Positions 46,904 to 56,548 of a DNA stretch of 62,656 nt are shown here, one piece after another. The DNA comes from an uncultured Candidatus Saccharibacteria bacterium. GTDB lineage: Bacteria > Patescibacteriota > Saccharimonadia > Saccharimonadales > Saccharimonadaceae. A program made the position numbers and the translations under genes. Numbering within the stretch: the first letter of the stretch is position 1; each line of letters opens with the position of its first letter. The stretch is from positions 1 to 62,656 of the forward strand of contig CAYTZL010000001.1 in assembly GCA_964442535.1 (NCBI GenBank), read 5' to 3'. The notes below the pieces were generated by a model. The model worked only from the letters and a program-made list of their open reading frames with translations, did not search any database and was not told the DNA's origin.

Positions 46904-48719
46904 AAATAGAAAACAACTCAGCGCCGCCGAAATCGCCCAGCAGTCCCAAGCCGCCGAGGAAGCCGAAGTTCAGAAAGCCTTCGAGCAGGGAATTACCACC
47001 CTCCGCGACCTCATCTCCCCAAGCAGTATCGAAATCCACGCCGCCTATTTCCGCCTCGGCACGAAATATGGCCGCACTATCTATGTCTACGGCTATCCTC
47101 GTACCCTCTACACCGGCTGGATCTCCGGCCTTATCAACATCGACGAAGTCCTTGATGTATCTATGTATATATACCCCGTCGAAACCACCGTCGTCATGAA
47201 AAACCTCCGCAAGAAGGTCACTCAACTCGAAGCCAGCTACAACGTCAATGCCGAAAAAGGCAAAATCCGCGACCCTGAGCTCGAAGCCGCTATCCAAGAC
47301 GCCGAAGAACTCCGCGACAAACTCCAAGTTGGCGCCGAAAAATTCTTCCGCTTTGGCCTCTATATTACCCTTTGGGCCGACTCCCTCGACGAACTAAACT
47401 TCGTCCAGCACAAAGTCGAAACCCTCCTCGGCCAACAAATGGTCTTCTCAAAAGTTGCCAGCTCCCAACAAGAACAGGGAATGAACAGCACTATGCCACA
47501 ATGTACCGACCAGCTTCAAATCCGCCGCAACATGAACACTGGCGCTATTTCCACCTGTTTCCCGTTCACTTCCGCCGACCTCACCCAAGAAAAAGGCATC
47601 CTCTACGGCATCAACATGCACAACAACGGCCTTGTTATTTTCGACCGTTTTAGCCTCGAAAATGCCAATCTCGTCGTTTTCGCTAAATCCGGTGCTGGTA
47701 AATCTTTCGCTGTTAAACTTGAAGCTCTTCGCTCGATGATGATCGGCTCGGAAATTCTTATTATCGACCCCGAGAACGAATACCAAAAACTCTGCGACGC
47801 CGTCGGCGGCAGTTATATCCGCCTCTCTCTAAACTCCGATGTCCGCATCAATCCTTTCGACCTTCCTAAAGTTATCGACAGCGAAGACGCCAACGACGCC
47901 CTCCGCGCCAATCTCGTTACCCTACACGGACTTTTCCGTCTCATGCTCGGCGGTAATCAGATCGGCCCGAACGGTCAAGTCGTCCCCGCCCTCACCGCTA
48001 ACGAAGAGGCCGACCTCGACCAAGCCCTCATTGACACTTACGCCCGCGCCGGTATCACTAGCGATCCTCTAACACATCAAAGCACCCCCCCGACCATCAT
48101 CAACCTCTACGACACCCTCCTCCACATGGGCGGCACTGGCCCACAACTCGCCCAACGCCTCCGCAAGTACACTACTGGTACTTTCGCCGGCATTTTCTCC
48201 CAGCAATCCAATGTCGACATCAATAACCCCATGGTTGTATTTAATATCCGCGACCTCGAGGACGAGCTCCGCCCCGTCGCTATGTATATTATCTTGTCCC
48301 ACATCTGGAACGTCGTCCGCGCCGAACAAAAACGTCGCCTCCTCATTGTCGACGAAGCTTGGCAACTCATGAAATACGACGACTCCGCCAACTTCCTCTT
48401 TAGTCTCGCTAAACGCGCTCGTAAATACTACCTCGGCCTCACTACCATCACCCAAGACGTCGAAGACTTCATGAGTAGTAAAATGGGTCGCGCCATCGTC
48501 GCTAACTCCTCTATGCAGCTACTCCTCAAACAAAGCGCTTCCGCCGTCGATGTCCTCTCTGACGTCTTTAAACTCACCGAGGAAGAAAAGAAGCGCCTCG
48601 CCAACTTCCCAGTCGGTCAAGGTCTCTTCTTCGCCGGCCAAAACCACGTCCACATCCAAATCATCGCTTCCGAAACCGAAGAAGCGCTCATCACTACTAA
48701 ACCCGGAGGAGGTCGGTAG
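46896..48719 (+). CDS. VirB4-like conjugation/secretion ATPase
   Basis: Walker A AKSGAGKS, IIDPENEY, INPFD, Walker B LLIVDEAW, KRARKY..ITQ. Confidence 0.9.
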   Translation: MARNRKQLSAAEIAQQSQAAEEAEVQKAFEQGITTLRDLISPSSIEIHAAYFRLGTKYGRTIYVYGYPRTLYTGWISGLINIDEVLDVSMYIYPVETTVVMKNLRKKVTQLEASYNVNAEKGKIRDPELEAAIQDAEELRDKLQVGAEKFFRFGLYITLWADSLDELNFVQHKVETLLGQQMVFSKVASSQQEQGMNSTMPQCTDQLQIRRNMNTGAISTCFPFTSADLTQEKGILYGINMHNNGLVIFDRFSLENANLVVFAKSGAGKSFAVKLEALRSMMIGSEILIIDPENEYQKLCDAVGGSYIRLSLNSDVRINPFDLPKVIDSEDANDALRANLVTLHGLFRLMLGGNQIGPNGQVVPALTANEEADLDQALIDTYARAGITSDPLTHQSTPPTIINLYDTLLHMGGTGPQLAQRLRKYTTGTFAGIFSQQSNVDINNPMVVFNIRDLEDELRPVAMYIILSHIWNVVRAEQKRRLLIVDEAWQLMKYDDSANFLFSLAKRARKYYLGLTTITQDVEDFMSSKMGRAIVANSSMQLLLKQSASAVDVLSDVFKLTEEEKKRLANFPVGQGLFFAGQNHVHIQIIASETEEALITTKPGGGR

Positions 48720-48721
48720 TC

Positions 48722-51478
48722 ATGGCTACCGCTGTCGCCACCCTTAAAAACGCCGAGCTCGGCGCCATTCGTGGTGTCCGCTCCTTCTATACCGGCAGTG
48801 GTAAATCCAGCGAAGATAAACAACCCATAAAAACCACCAGTAAACTTAAACGCCGCGGCGCCGTTATTACGATTCTGCTTCTCTTCTTCGGTGGCGCCGC
48901 CTTCCTCGCCAGCTCAAACTCTCTCATTATTGGCGCCATCAACAACCGCTTCGCCGAAGTTACCGACGTCCAACACGCCAGCGCTCAAGCTCGTTCCATG
49001 CGTCTCTTTAACTATTACCTCAACAACACCGGCGCCACCGCCAAAACTTGGACCGGCGCAAGACGCTACACTCATATGTCAAAATCCTTCCAAGACCGCC
49101 TCGCTAAGCAGGGAATCACCATCGAAGGCAGCGGCAGTAACAAAACCCTCACTTATACTCGCACCACTCCTAGTGGCGGCACCATGGTAGTTTCCAATAT
49201 CACCGCCAACGATTTTAACAAAGTTTATCACGAAAACGTCTACTTCCGCGACGCCTATAATAACGCAAGATACAACCGTGCCGGCCTATACTACGACGAC
49301 GCCGCCAGCAAAGTCTTCTCTAAACTTGGCGTCACCCGCAACCTCTTCAAAGATTACAAACAAACCAACGACGCCGAAACCAACCACACAAACTACAACG
49401 ACACTATGAGCAAAAAATTCAACGGCGACACTACCAACCTCAAAACCTCAGGTTATGTCGAAAAAGAAATCAAAGATGAAGACGGCAATGTTATTGGCAC
49501 CGAACCAGAAAAAGTCACCAGTAACACCGATGCTAGCACAAACGGCGCAGACATGGATACTGCAAAACGCAATGCTTCCGAAATGCTTAAAGAAATTGGC
49601 GAAGGCACCACCTCCAAAATGTCGGTTGCTGGCTCTACCGTCTCCACCGCCTGTATGCTCCTCCGTATCGGGAACATGATCTCTATCACCGTTGCCGCTA
49701 ACGAAATCTATCAATCCATCAATTATTTCACAGGCATGACCGAAAATGTTAGCAAAACCATTGCTGGTTACGGTAGTAGTTCAGCCATCAACGAAGTCCT
49801 TAACTTCCTTTCCACGTCCGATACTACCGAAATCGTCGACCTCGATAATGTTCAAGTTAGTGGCTCTGGCGATAATATTAGTGCCACTAGCGGCACACTT
49901 ACACAAACTGGATCGCCACTCCAATCTAACGGTATGCAAATGGTCCTCGCCAATTCTCAAGGCAACCCACAAACAACCAAAAATTACTCCCTTGAACGTA
50001 TCTCTAATTCTGTCGGTACCGCACTTGTATCCCAGGGTGCCACTATGGCCGCCTGCGCCGCTGCCGACATTGGTGCTAGCATCCTCTCCATCGGCGTCGA
50101 GCTTATGTCTGGCGGACTTACAAAAATTGCCTCCGGAATCGCCGGACGCATCCTTATCGGTACCCTCCTCGCCGGCTCCGTCACCGCCTTCTTCAGTTTT
50201 CTCGTCCCCACTATCGCCGAATCTCTCTTTACTAACGCCTTCGAAACCGCCACCGGCATCCCTGCCGGAGAAATGTTCGCTAAAGGCGCCTACGCCTCTA
50301 ATAGTCGCCTCGGTCGTCAAGGAAGCGGGCAATCCATATCATCAAAATCCGCCGCCTTAGCCTACAACTCAACCAATAACCAAATCCTCGCCCTCGATGC
50401 CGAAGTTGACCGCGCCAACCTTAGCCCCTTCGACATCAGCAACCCAAATACCTTCTTTGGCAGTATTGCCTATAGTCTGCTCCCCGCTACTACTTCTGGC
50501 AACATTTCCACTATCTCCTCACTCATGAAGTCCACCGCTTCCTCCCTTAGCTCCCTTATGAGTAGTGTCAATGCTAGCGGGGAAAACTCCTCTTATACGA
50601 CCACCTTTGGCGATTGCCCCAATCTTGGGTCCATCGGAGTTGTCGGAGATATTTATTGTAACCCCATTATCACTACCGATGTCAGCACTATCGACCTCGA
50701 CCCCACCGACGAAACCTACCAAGAAGTTATCCATGACGCCATGGTCAAAGATAGTTGCGACGACGAAGGTAACGGTTGCAAAATCGACGGAAATTCCGAA
50801 CTTGCTAGATATATTACTTTCTGCGATGGTCGTGATTCGCCTTTTGGTGTCGCCGACCAAAACATCCTCAGCGAGCTGAACCCCCTCAGCGGAGCAAGCA
50901 CTACTCTTTACAACGCTCTCCAAGCTCTACCATTCGTCGGCGACCTTATGACGCTCGCCGAAAGTAGCTATGATCTTAGGAACCTCGACTGGGCCACCGG
51001 CGAAAAATGCGGCAACACCGAGCAAAATCGCGAATGGTGGGAGGCAAAAGGCAAATATTACCAACGCTACATCGAGGATATGCGCCTTCTCGAAAACATG
51101 GGCGCCTTCGAATCTGACACCCAATCCGCCTCTTCCCAAAACCCCGTCACCGCCTATGAAGAAGCCTACGAAGCCGCTCACCCTACCGACAGCTCTTATG
51201 TCAGCTACCTCTCCCGCATTTCCGGTCTCACCCCCGAAAACACCGAAACCATGCTCGCCTACATCGATTATTTCCAATACCTTAACGAATACGACCCCTC
51301 TTCTCGCATCGCCCTCGCCACTAACTCCGCCCTCCACGACGACAGCCACACCGCCCTCGCCCAGTTCGAACAATCATCCCTTAAATTCACCGAATCCGAC
51401 CCCGCAGCACCCCTCGTCGCTCTCGCCCCTAAATATATCACCTACGCCGACGTCCGCAACCGCACCCAAACTGCCTGA
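48722..51478 (+). CDS. Large membrane-anchored hypothetical protein in the T4SS-like operon
   Basis: 918-codon ORF coupled to virB4; N-terminal TM plus internal hydrophobic segments. Confidence 0.75.
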   Translation: MATAVATLKNAELGAIRGVRSFYTGSGKSSEDKQPIKTTSKLKRRGAVITILLLFFGGAAFLASSNSLIIGAINNRFAEVTDVQHASAQARSMRLFNYYLNNTGATAKTWTGARRYTHMSKSFQDRLAKQGITIEGSGSNKTLTYTRTTPSGGTMVVSNITANDFNKVYHENVYFRDAYNNARYNRAGLYYDDAASKVFSKLGVTRNLFKDYKQTNDAETNHTNYNDTMSKKFNGDTTNLKTSGYVEKEIKDEDGNVIGTEPEKVTSNTDASTNGADMDTAKRNASEMLKEIGEGTTSKMSVAGSTVSTACMLLRIGNMISITVAANEIYQSINYFTGMTENVSKTIAGYGSSSAINEVLNFLSTSDTTEIVDLDNVQVSGSGDNISATSGTLTQTGSPLQSNGMQMVLANSQGNPQTTKNYSLERISNSVGTALVSQGATMAACAAADIGASILSIGVELMSGGLTKIASGIAGRILIGTLLAGSVTAFFSFLVPTIAESLFTNAFETATGIPAGEMFAKGAYASNSRLGRQGSGQSISSKSAALAYNSTNNQILALDAEVDRANLSPFDISNPNTFFGSIAYSLLPATTSGNISTISSLMKSTASSLSSLMSSVNASGENSSYTTTFGDCPNLGSIGVVGDIYCNPIITTDVSTIDLDPTDETYQEVIHDAMVKDSCDDEGNGCKIDGNSELARYITFCDGRDSPFGVADQNILSELNPLSGASTTLYNALQALPFVGDLMTLAESSYDLRNLDWATGEKCGNTEQNREWWEAKGKYYQRYIEDMRLLENMGAFESDTQSASSQNPVTAYEEAYEAAHPTDSSYVSYLSRISGLTPENTETMLAYIDYFQYLNEYDPSSRIALATNSALHDDSHTALAQFEQSSLKFTESDPAAPLVALAPKYITYADVRNRTQTA

Positions 51479-51484
51479 CTATTA

Positions 51485-52510
51485 TCATTTTCTTTTTAGA
51501 ACGACGCAGTCAGCCAGATTGTTATTGCTTCCCACGGAAGTAATAACAATCTGATTATCCTGAAAATTCCGCACTAAGCACTTCTGCCTTGTCGCATCCA
51601 ATTCCGAAAACACGTCATCCAACAACACCACCGGCCTTTTTCCTAGCTCCCGCATTATCATTTCCGCCTCTATAAATTTCAACGCCAGCACGCTCGACCG
51701 CACCTCCCCCCGGCTCGCCGATCCGTCCGCCTTCACCTGATTAAACACAAAATCATAACTATCATGATGCACCCCAAACCCCGTATGCCCAAGCAGGGAA
51801 TCACGCTGAAAATCACTACTTAGCCGCGCCATAAACTCACTCTCCGTCCCCACCCCGCTCTTATATCTTAGCTCTACCTCATCCTCATTCTCCGCAATCG
51901 ACCTATACACATCCGTCAAGTCCTTATTTATTCTCTCCACAAACCGCCTCCTCTCCTCCGCCAGCTCCACCCCATACTTCACCAACAGCACATCCCAAGA
52001 AAACAAACTTTCCGGCTGCACAAACTCATCCTTTAATAATTCGTTCCTCTGCCGGAGCGCCTTACCATACCGCGCAAGCGCCATCGCATATTTCTCCGAC
52101 AATTGTCCAAACACTCGATCAAAATAATTTCTCCTACTCACCGGACTCGACCCCACTAAATGCAAATCGTCCGGCTCAAACAATACTATCGGATATTTCG
52201 ATTTTTTCGGCAGCCTTCGTGACTTCTTATCTTCCGCTAAAAATTCTTTCTTCACCCCATCAAAAACCACCACCACCTTCCGCCCATCTTCATATTCCAG
52301 CTCCACTCGATAAAACTCCGCCCCTCTCCGCACGATCTCCTTGTCCGTCGCCCGAAAACTTTTCCCCCGCATCGCCTCATAAATCGCCTCTAGAATCGAA
52401 GTTTTTCCACAACCATTCTCCCCCACAATCGTCGTAGTCATCGGGCTACAGTCTAGCACATAGCCCTCATGACTCCGAAAATTCGTCAATTTTACTCGCC
52501 TAATCACCAT
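51485..52510 (-). CDS. recF: DNA replication/repair protein RecF
   Basis: LTNFRS, GENGCGKTSILEAI, ASRGE, LLDDVFSELD; follows dnaN. Confidence 0.9.
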   Translation of the reverse strand: MVIRRVKLTNFRSHEGYVLDCSPMTTTIVGENGCGKTSILEAIYEAMRGKSFRATDKEIVRRGAEFYRVELEYEDGRKVVVVFDGVKKEFLAEDKKSRRLPKKSKYPIVLFEPDDLHLVGSSPVSRRNYFDRVFGQLSEKYAMALARYGKALRQRNELLKDEFVQPESLFSWDVLLVKYGVELAEERRRFVERINKDLTDVYRSIAENEDEVELRYKSGVGTESEFMARLSSDFQRDSLLGHTGFGVHHDSYDFVFNQVKADGSASRGEVRSSVLALKFIEAEMIMRELGKRPVVLLDDVFSELDATRQKCLVRNFQDNQIVITSVGSNNNLADCVVLKRK

Positions 52511-52513
52511 GAT

Positions 52514-53617
52514 CTATGACTTTAACGGCATAATAATATGCGTATAATCCGGATTCTCCCCGTTCACCAATACCGGATCCAACTTATTCGAAAACCCAAA
52601 CTTCACCTTTTTCCCATCTAACGCATTCAACGCATCCAGCAAAAACCTCGAGTTTAGCGTCACCTTACCGTCTACCTCTACCTCTGTTTTTATCTCCGAC
52701 TTATTCTCACCCAACTCATTCGCCACCGACGCCAAAGTAAAAACCTTTTCCTCCGCATTCGTCCCGCAGACAATCGATCCTCCCACTTCTCGCGCAAACA
52801 ACGCCGCCAGTTTTGTCACCCGCACTAGCTCATCCTTCGCCAACTCCACACTTATCTCCGTCTCCTTCGGAATTAGCTGTCGATAATCAGGGAACGAACC
52901 ATCCACCAACTTTGACGTTACTTCTATATCTCCCAACCTAAACCTCACCTGCGCCTCATCAAACAATATCTCCACTTCCTCCATCTCATCATTCAGTAGC
53001 CCTAGCACTCCTCTCAATGATGCCGCCGGTATAATTGCTGTCACTTCCGCCCCCACTTTATCCACCACCTTTCGTTCCGTCAACCTATACCCATCCGTCG
53101 CCGCTAAATACAGCGCATCCTCAAACGTATTAAAATACACTCCCGTCAGCGCTGGCCGCGTCGTATCATTACTCACCGCCACCATTACCTGTGTCAACCC
53201 CGCCTTAAACTCCTCCGCCCCCACCGAAATCTTCACCATCTTCTCTTCATCCACCCCCGGCAACTCTGGAAAATCATCCGCCAACGCCCCATTTATACTC
53301 GATTTGTACCCACCCGACTTAATTAGTACTTTTTCATCTTCCGCCGTTATCTCCACCACCTCCCCCCTCGGTAAATTACTCACAAACTCCGCCATCAGTT
53401 TCGCCGGCACCGTAATCACCCCGTTCTTACTCCCCGTCGACGGCAAATAATTCACTATTGCCATATCTAGATTCGTCGTCGTCAGCGACACCTTATTATC
53501 ATCCACTCTTATTAAAACGTTATTCAGTATCGGTAACGTCGCTCTCGATCCCGCTGCAATCTTACTAACATTATTTAACGCTTTCGCTAATTTTTCCTGT
53601 AAAATCTTAATCTCCAT
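52514..53617 (-). CDS. dnaN: DNA polymerase III beta sliding clamp
   Basis: LPILNNVL, RPALTGV, ATDGYRL, GSFPDY, IMPLK. Confidence 0.95.
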   Translation of the reverse strand: MEIKILQEKLAKALNNVSKIAAGSRATLPILNNVLIRVDDNKVSLTTTNLDMAIVNYLPSTGSKNGVITVPAKLMAEFVSNLPRGEVVEITAEDEKVLIKSGGYKSSINGALADDFPELPGVDEEKMVKISVGAEEFKAGLTQVMVAVSNDTTRPALTGVYFNTFEDALYLAATDGYRLTERKVVDKVGAEVTAIIPAASLRGVLGLLNDEMEEVEILFDEAQVRFRLGDIEVTSKLVDGSFPDYRQLIPKETEISVELAKDELVRVTKLAALFAREVGGSIVCGTNAEEKVFTLASVANELGENKSEIKTEVEVDGKVTLNSRFLLDALNALDGKKVKFGFSNKLDPVLVNGENPDYTHIIMPLKS

Positions 53618-53692
53618 CTTTATAAACTCCCTTTAAAAGTCTGCTCGGTTTTTCGCAAATTCCCATTTATTCCACATCAGCCTAAAATCCTT

Positions 53693-54065
53693 CCTTATAT
53701 AATAATAGTAGTTATAGTAGGCCCTGTGGAAAATGTGTAAAACTCCCCTCCAACAGAGGTCAAAACCTGTGCAAAACCCTAGTAAAACTTTTCCACCACT
53801 ACGTGGAAAACTCGCCAAATGCCCAACTTTTATGTGTAAAACTTTCTTTTCCACAACCTCCCGAAACTTTTTCCACACATTTCCCACAATTTTCCCCACA
53901 AACTTTCCCACAAGTTTTCCACAGAAAATACCCGAACACCCACTAAAACCCGAACACATATTACGACATAAAACCGCATTTTTGTATTCCCGAACATTAC
54001 AAAAAACCGAACATAAAATCGCACCCGAACAAACCTCAAAACCCGAACAATAATTCCCGAACACT
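53693..54065. other. Putative replication origin oriC (dnaA-dnaN intergenic)
   Basis: On - strand: TTTTACACA/TTTTCCACA boxes, GGGCC, then TACTATAACTACTATTATTAT (DnaA-trio/DUE layout as in B. subtilis); about nine TTTTCCACA-like boxes; seven CCGAACA direct repeats. Confidence 0.8.
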
Positions 54066-54173
54066 AAGCCACTCGAAGTCCCGTACGCCGAGAAACCCGA
54101 TCTAGAGCCGAGCTCAGTGGCGTATCGTCGATTCACCTCGCCACCAGCGCATCCATACCAGTAAACCTCCGCC

Positions 54174-55535
54174 CTACCCATAAATCTTCTCCTTAATATC
54201 CGCAATTTGATCCCGTAGCGTAAAATTCAGCTTCAGATCCGCCTCAATCTTCTTCACTCCGTGCATTACCGTCGTATGGTCTTTCACCCCCACCTCCAGC
54301 GCAATCTTCGGCGTACTCATACTCAAATCCTTCGACAATATATACATCGCCACTTGTCGTGCATTCTTGATATGCGCCACTCGACTTTTACTACACATCT
54401 CCTTCGGCGTCATCTGATAATACTTCGCCACTTTTTCAATCACTTGTTTCGGCGACACCGTCTTCGTCCGCTGCGTACTCGCCGTATTCACATATCCTTC
54501 ATTTATCACTTCGAGCGGCGTCATGTTCTTAAAGTCCGCCACCGCCAAGATATGCTCCAGCTCCCCCTCCAGCGCCCGAATATTTGTCTTTATATGCTCC
54601 GCAATATACTCGATCGCCGCATCCTCTATATCAACCCCCTTATACTCCGCCTTCGATTTCAAAATCGCGCATCGATCCTCAAACTGCGGCAGCTGTAAAT
54701 CATACGCCCCCGCCCACGTCAACCGCGACGCCAGCCGCTCATCCACCGATTTAATCTGACTCGGTAGCCGATCTGAGGTCACAATGATATGCTTATTCGC
54801 CTGATAAAGCTCGTTAAAAATATCGAAAAACTCCACCTGCGACGCATCTTTATTCATAATCATCTGAAAATCATCAATAATTAGCATGTCCAGCTTCTTA
54901 AACTTCTGCCGAAACTCGTCACCCTTCTTATTCTGCAGTGACTTAATAAAATCCGAATAAAAGCTCGAAATCGGCGTGTAGAGAATCTTAATCTTCGGAT
55001 TTTTCGCCAGCAACGCATTCCCGATCGCTTGCACGAGGTGAGTTTTTCCCAGCCCCGGCCCACCATACAAGAAAAACGGATTATAACTAACCCCCGGATT
55101 ATCCACGATATTTCTCGCCACGCTCACCGCCAGATCATTATTCGACCCAATCACAAAATTATCCAACGTATATCGCGGGTTCAATCCCGTCTGCAGCGAC
55201 CCATTTACCGGCGGGGAACTACGAAAATTCCGCGTCGTCGCTGCTGCCACCTGTGTACTCGAAGCTATCTCGACATTCCTCCGCTGTGGCCGCTCCTTAC
55301 TAATTACTGTATATTCCAAGTTTTTGACGTCAACATTATTATGCGCAAAAGCCTCGCGCAATATGCTCGAATATTTTGCCTGAATCTGGGTCCGCTTAAA
55401 CACATTCGGAACCCCAATCACTACCACCCCACCTTCAGCCGAGACCAGCTCCGTCCCCGTAAACCAGGTCGAAAACTGTTCACTCGGAATGGTCTGTTCG
55501 ACTTCAGCTAACACATTTTTCCACACGTCAAACAT
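54174..55535 (-). CDS. dnaA: Chromosomal replication initiator DnaA
   Basis: YNPFFLYGGPGLGKTHL, IIDDFQ, RLASRL, NIRALEG, ARQVAMY, KDHTTVMH. Confidence 0.97.
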   Translation of the reverse strand: MFDVWKNVLAEVEQTIPSEQFSTWFTGTELVSAEGGVVVIGVPNVFKRTQIQAKYSSILREAFAHNNVDVKNLEYTVISKERPQRRNVEIASSTQVAAATTRNFRSSPPVNGSLQTGLNPRYTLDNFVIGSNNDLAVSVARNIVDNPGVSYNPFFLYGGPGLGKTHLVQAIGNALLAKNPKIKILYTPISSFYSDFIKSLQNKKGDEFRQKFKKLDMLIIDDFQMIMNKDASQVEFFDIFNELYQANKHIIVTSDRLPSQIKSVDERLASRLTWAGAYDLQLPQFEDRCAILKSKAEYKGVDIEDAAIEYIAEHIKTNIRALEGELEHILAVADFKNMTPLEVINEGYVNTASTQRTKTVSPKQVIEKVAKYYQMTPKEMCSKSRVAHIKNARQVAMYILSKDLSMSTPKIALEVGVKDHTTVMHGVKKIEADLKLNFTLRDQIADIKEKIYG

Positions 55536-55586
55536 GGACCCCTTCTGACCTCCTTACTACCTCCATTATAACAAACCCCACCCGAC

Positions 55587-55717
55587 TTTTCCACAGTTTT
55601 ATCCCTATTCCGCACACATTGTATAATATTACCCACTACCAACAGGGGAGAAGTTTTCCACAGCCCCTCTGAAACCCTTGAACGATATGTGGAAAACTTC
55701 TTGAAAAATGTGGAAAA
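55587..55717. promoter_or_regulatory. DnaA-box cluster upstream of dnaA
   Basis: TTTTCCACA at 55587 and 55654; TGTGGAAAA at 55688 and 55709. Confidence 0.7.
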
Positions 55718-55772
55718 CTAGTGTATACTAAAACAAGTATTCGAATATTATTAAAGCAAAAGGATAATTATC

Positions 55773-55910
55773 ATGCCTAAACGAACTTACCAGCCCCACA
55801 AACGCCAGCGCAAAGTCGAGCATGGCTTCATGAAGCGCAACAACAGCAAAACCGGCCAAAAAGTCCTCAAACGCCGCCGCATTAAGGGTCGCGCTCGCCT
55901 TACCGCCTAA
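55773..55910 (+). CDS. rpmH: 50S ribosomal protein L34 (not in ORF track)
   Basis: Translates to [45 protein letters not shown]. Confidence 0.95.
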   Translation: MPKRTYQPHKRQRKVEHGFMKRNNSKTGQKVLKRRRIKGRARLTA

Positions 55911-56004
55911 ATAATATTTTCAAACTGCCTCTCACGGGGCAGTTTTTACACGCCAAAACACGCCTTAATTTGCTTTTTACGTCTTTTTCTGATAAAATAA
56001 AAAC

Positions 56005-56358
56005 ATGTTATCTCAGAAATACCGATTTCATTCACGCGGCGGCGTCAATTACACCTACCAGAAGGGAAGGGCCTTGCGCACGCAGAGCCTCACCCTTATC
56101 CATAACCCTAACTCCCGCGGCTATCGCCGTTTCGCCGTCGTCGTCTCGAAAAAGGTCCTCAAATCCGCCGTCGGCCGCAATCGTATCCGTCGCCGCGTCT
56201 ACGAAGCCATCCGCCTCGAGAACCCACGCACCCTACCTCCGACCGATTACATCTTTGTTGTCCATAACCAAAATTACGTCAATCTCCCATTCTCCGAAAT
56301 CCGCGCCTCTGTCCATAATCTTATTGCTCGCAGTATTCCTAGAAAGCATTCTAAATAA
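56005..56358 (+). CDS. rnpA: Ribonuclease P protein component
   Basis: RFAVVVSKKV.KSAVGRNRIRRR motif; synteny with rpmH and yidC. Confidence 0.92.
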   Translation: MLSQKYRFHSRGGVNYTYQKGRALRTQSLTLIHNPNSRGYRRFAVVVSKKVLKSAVGRNRIRRRVYEAIRLENPRTLPPTDYIFVVHNQNYVNLPFSEIRASVHNLIARSIPRKHSK

Positions 56359-56370
56359 TGTTAGTATCGC

Positions 56371-56506
56371 CTAACTATACAGGAGTGCTTTCGCCTCTTT
56401 TGCAGGGGGTGCGGACTCACGAGGAGCATTAGCGCGCCGACCCCGTAACGACGGGCGTCGGCGACGCGCCCCAAGAAAAGAGGCGAAAATATTCCTGTCT
56501 AGCTAG
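56371..56506. repeat. Palindromic element family B, copy 5
   Basis: Same core with compensatory changes; arms ACAGGAGTGCTTTCGCCTCTTTT / AAAAGAGGCGAAAATATTCCTGT. Confidence 0.85.
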
Positions 56507-56548
56507 ACGACTCTTCCATCTCGCCCCGAGCTATGCTATAATAATAGT

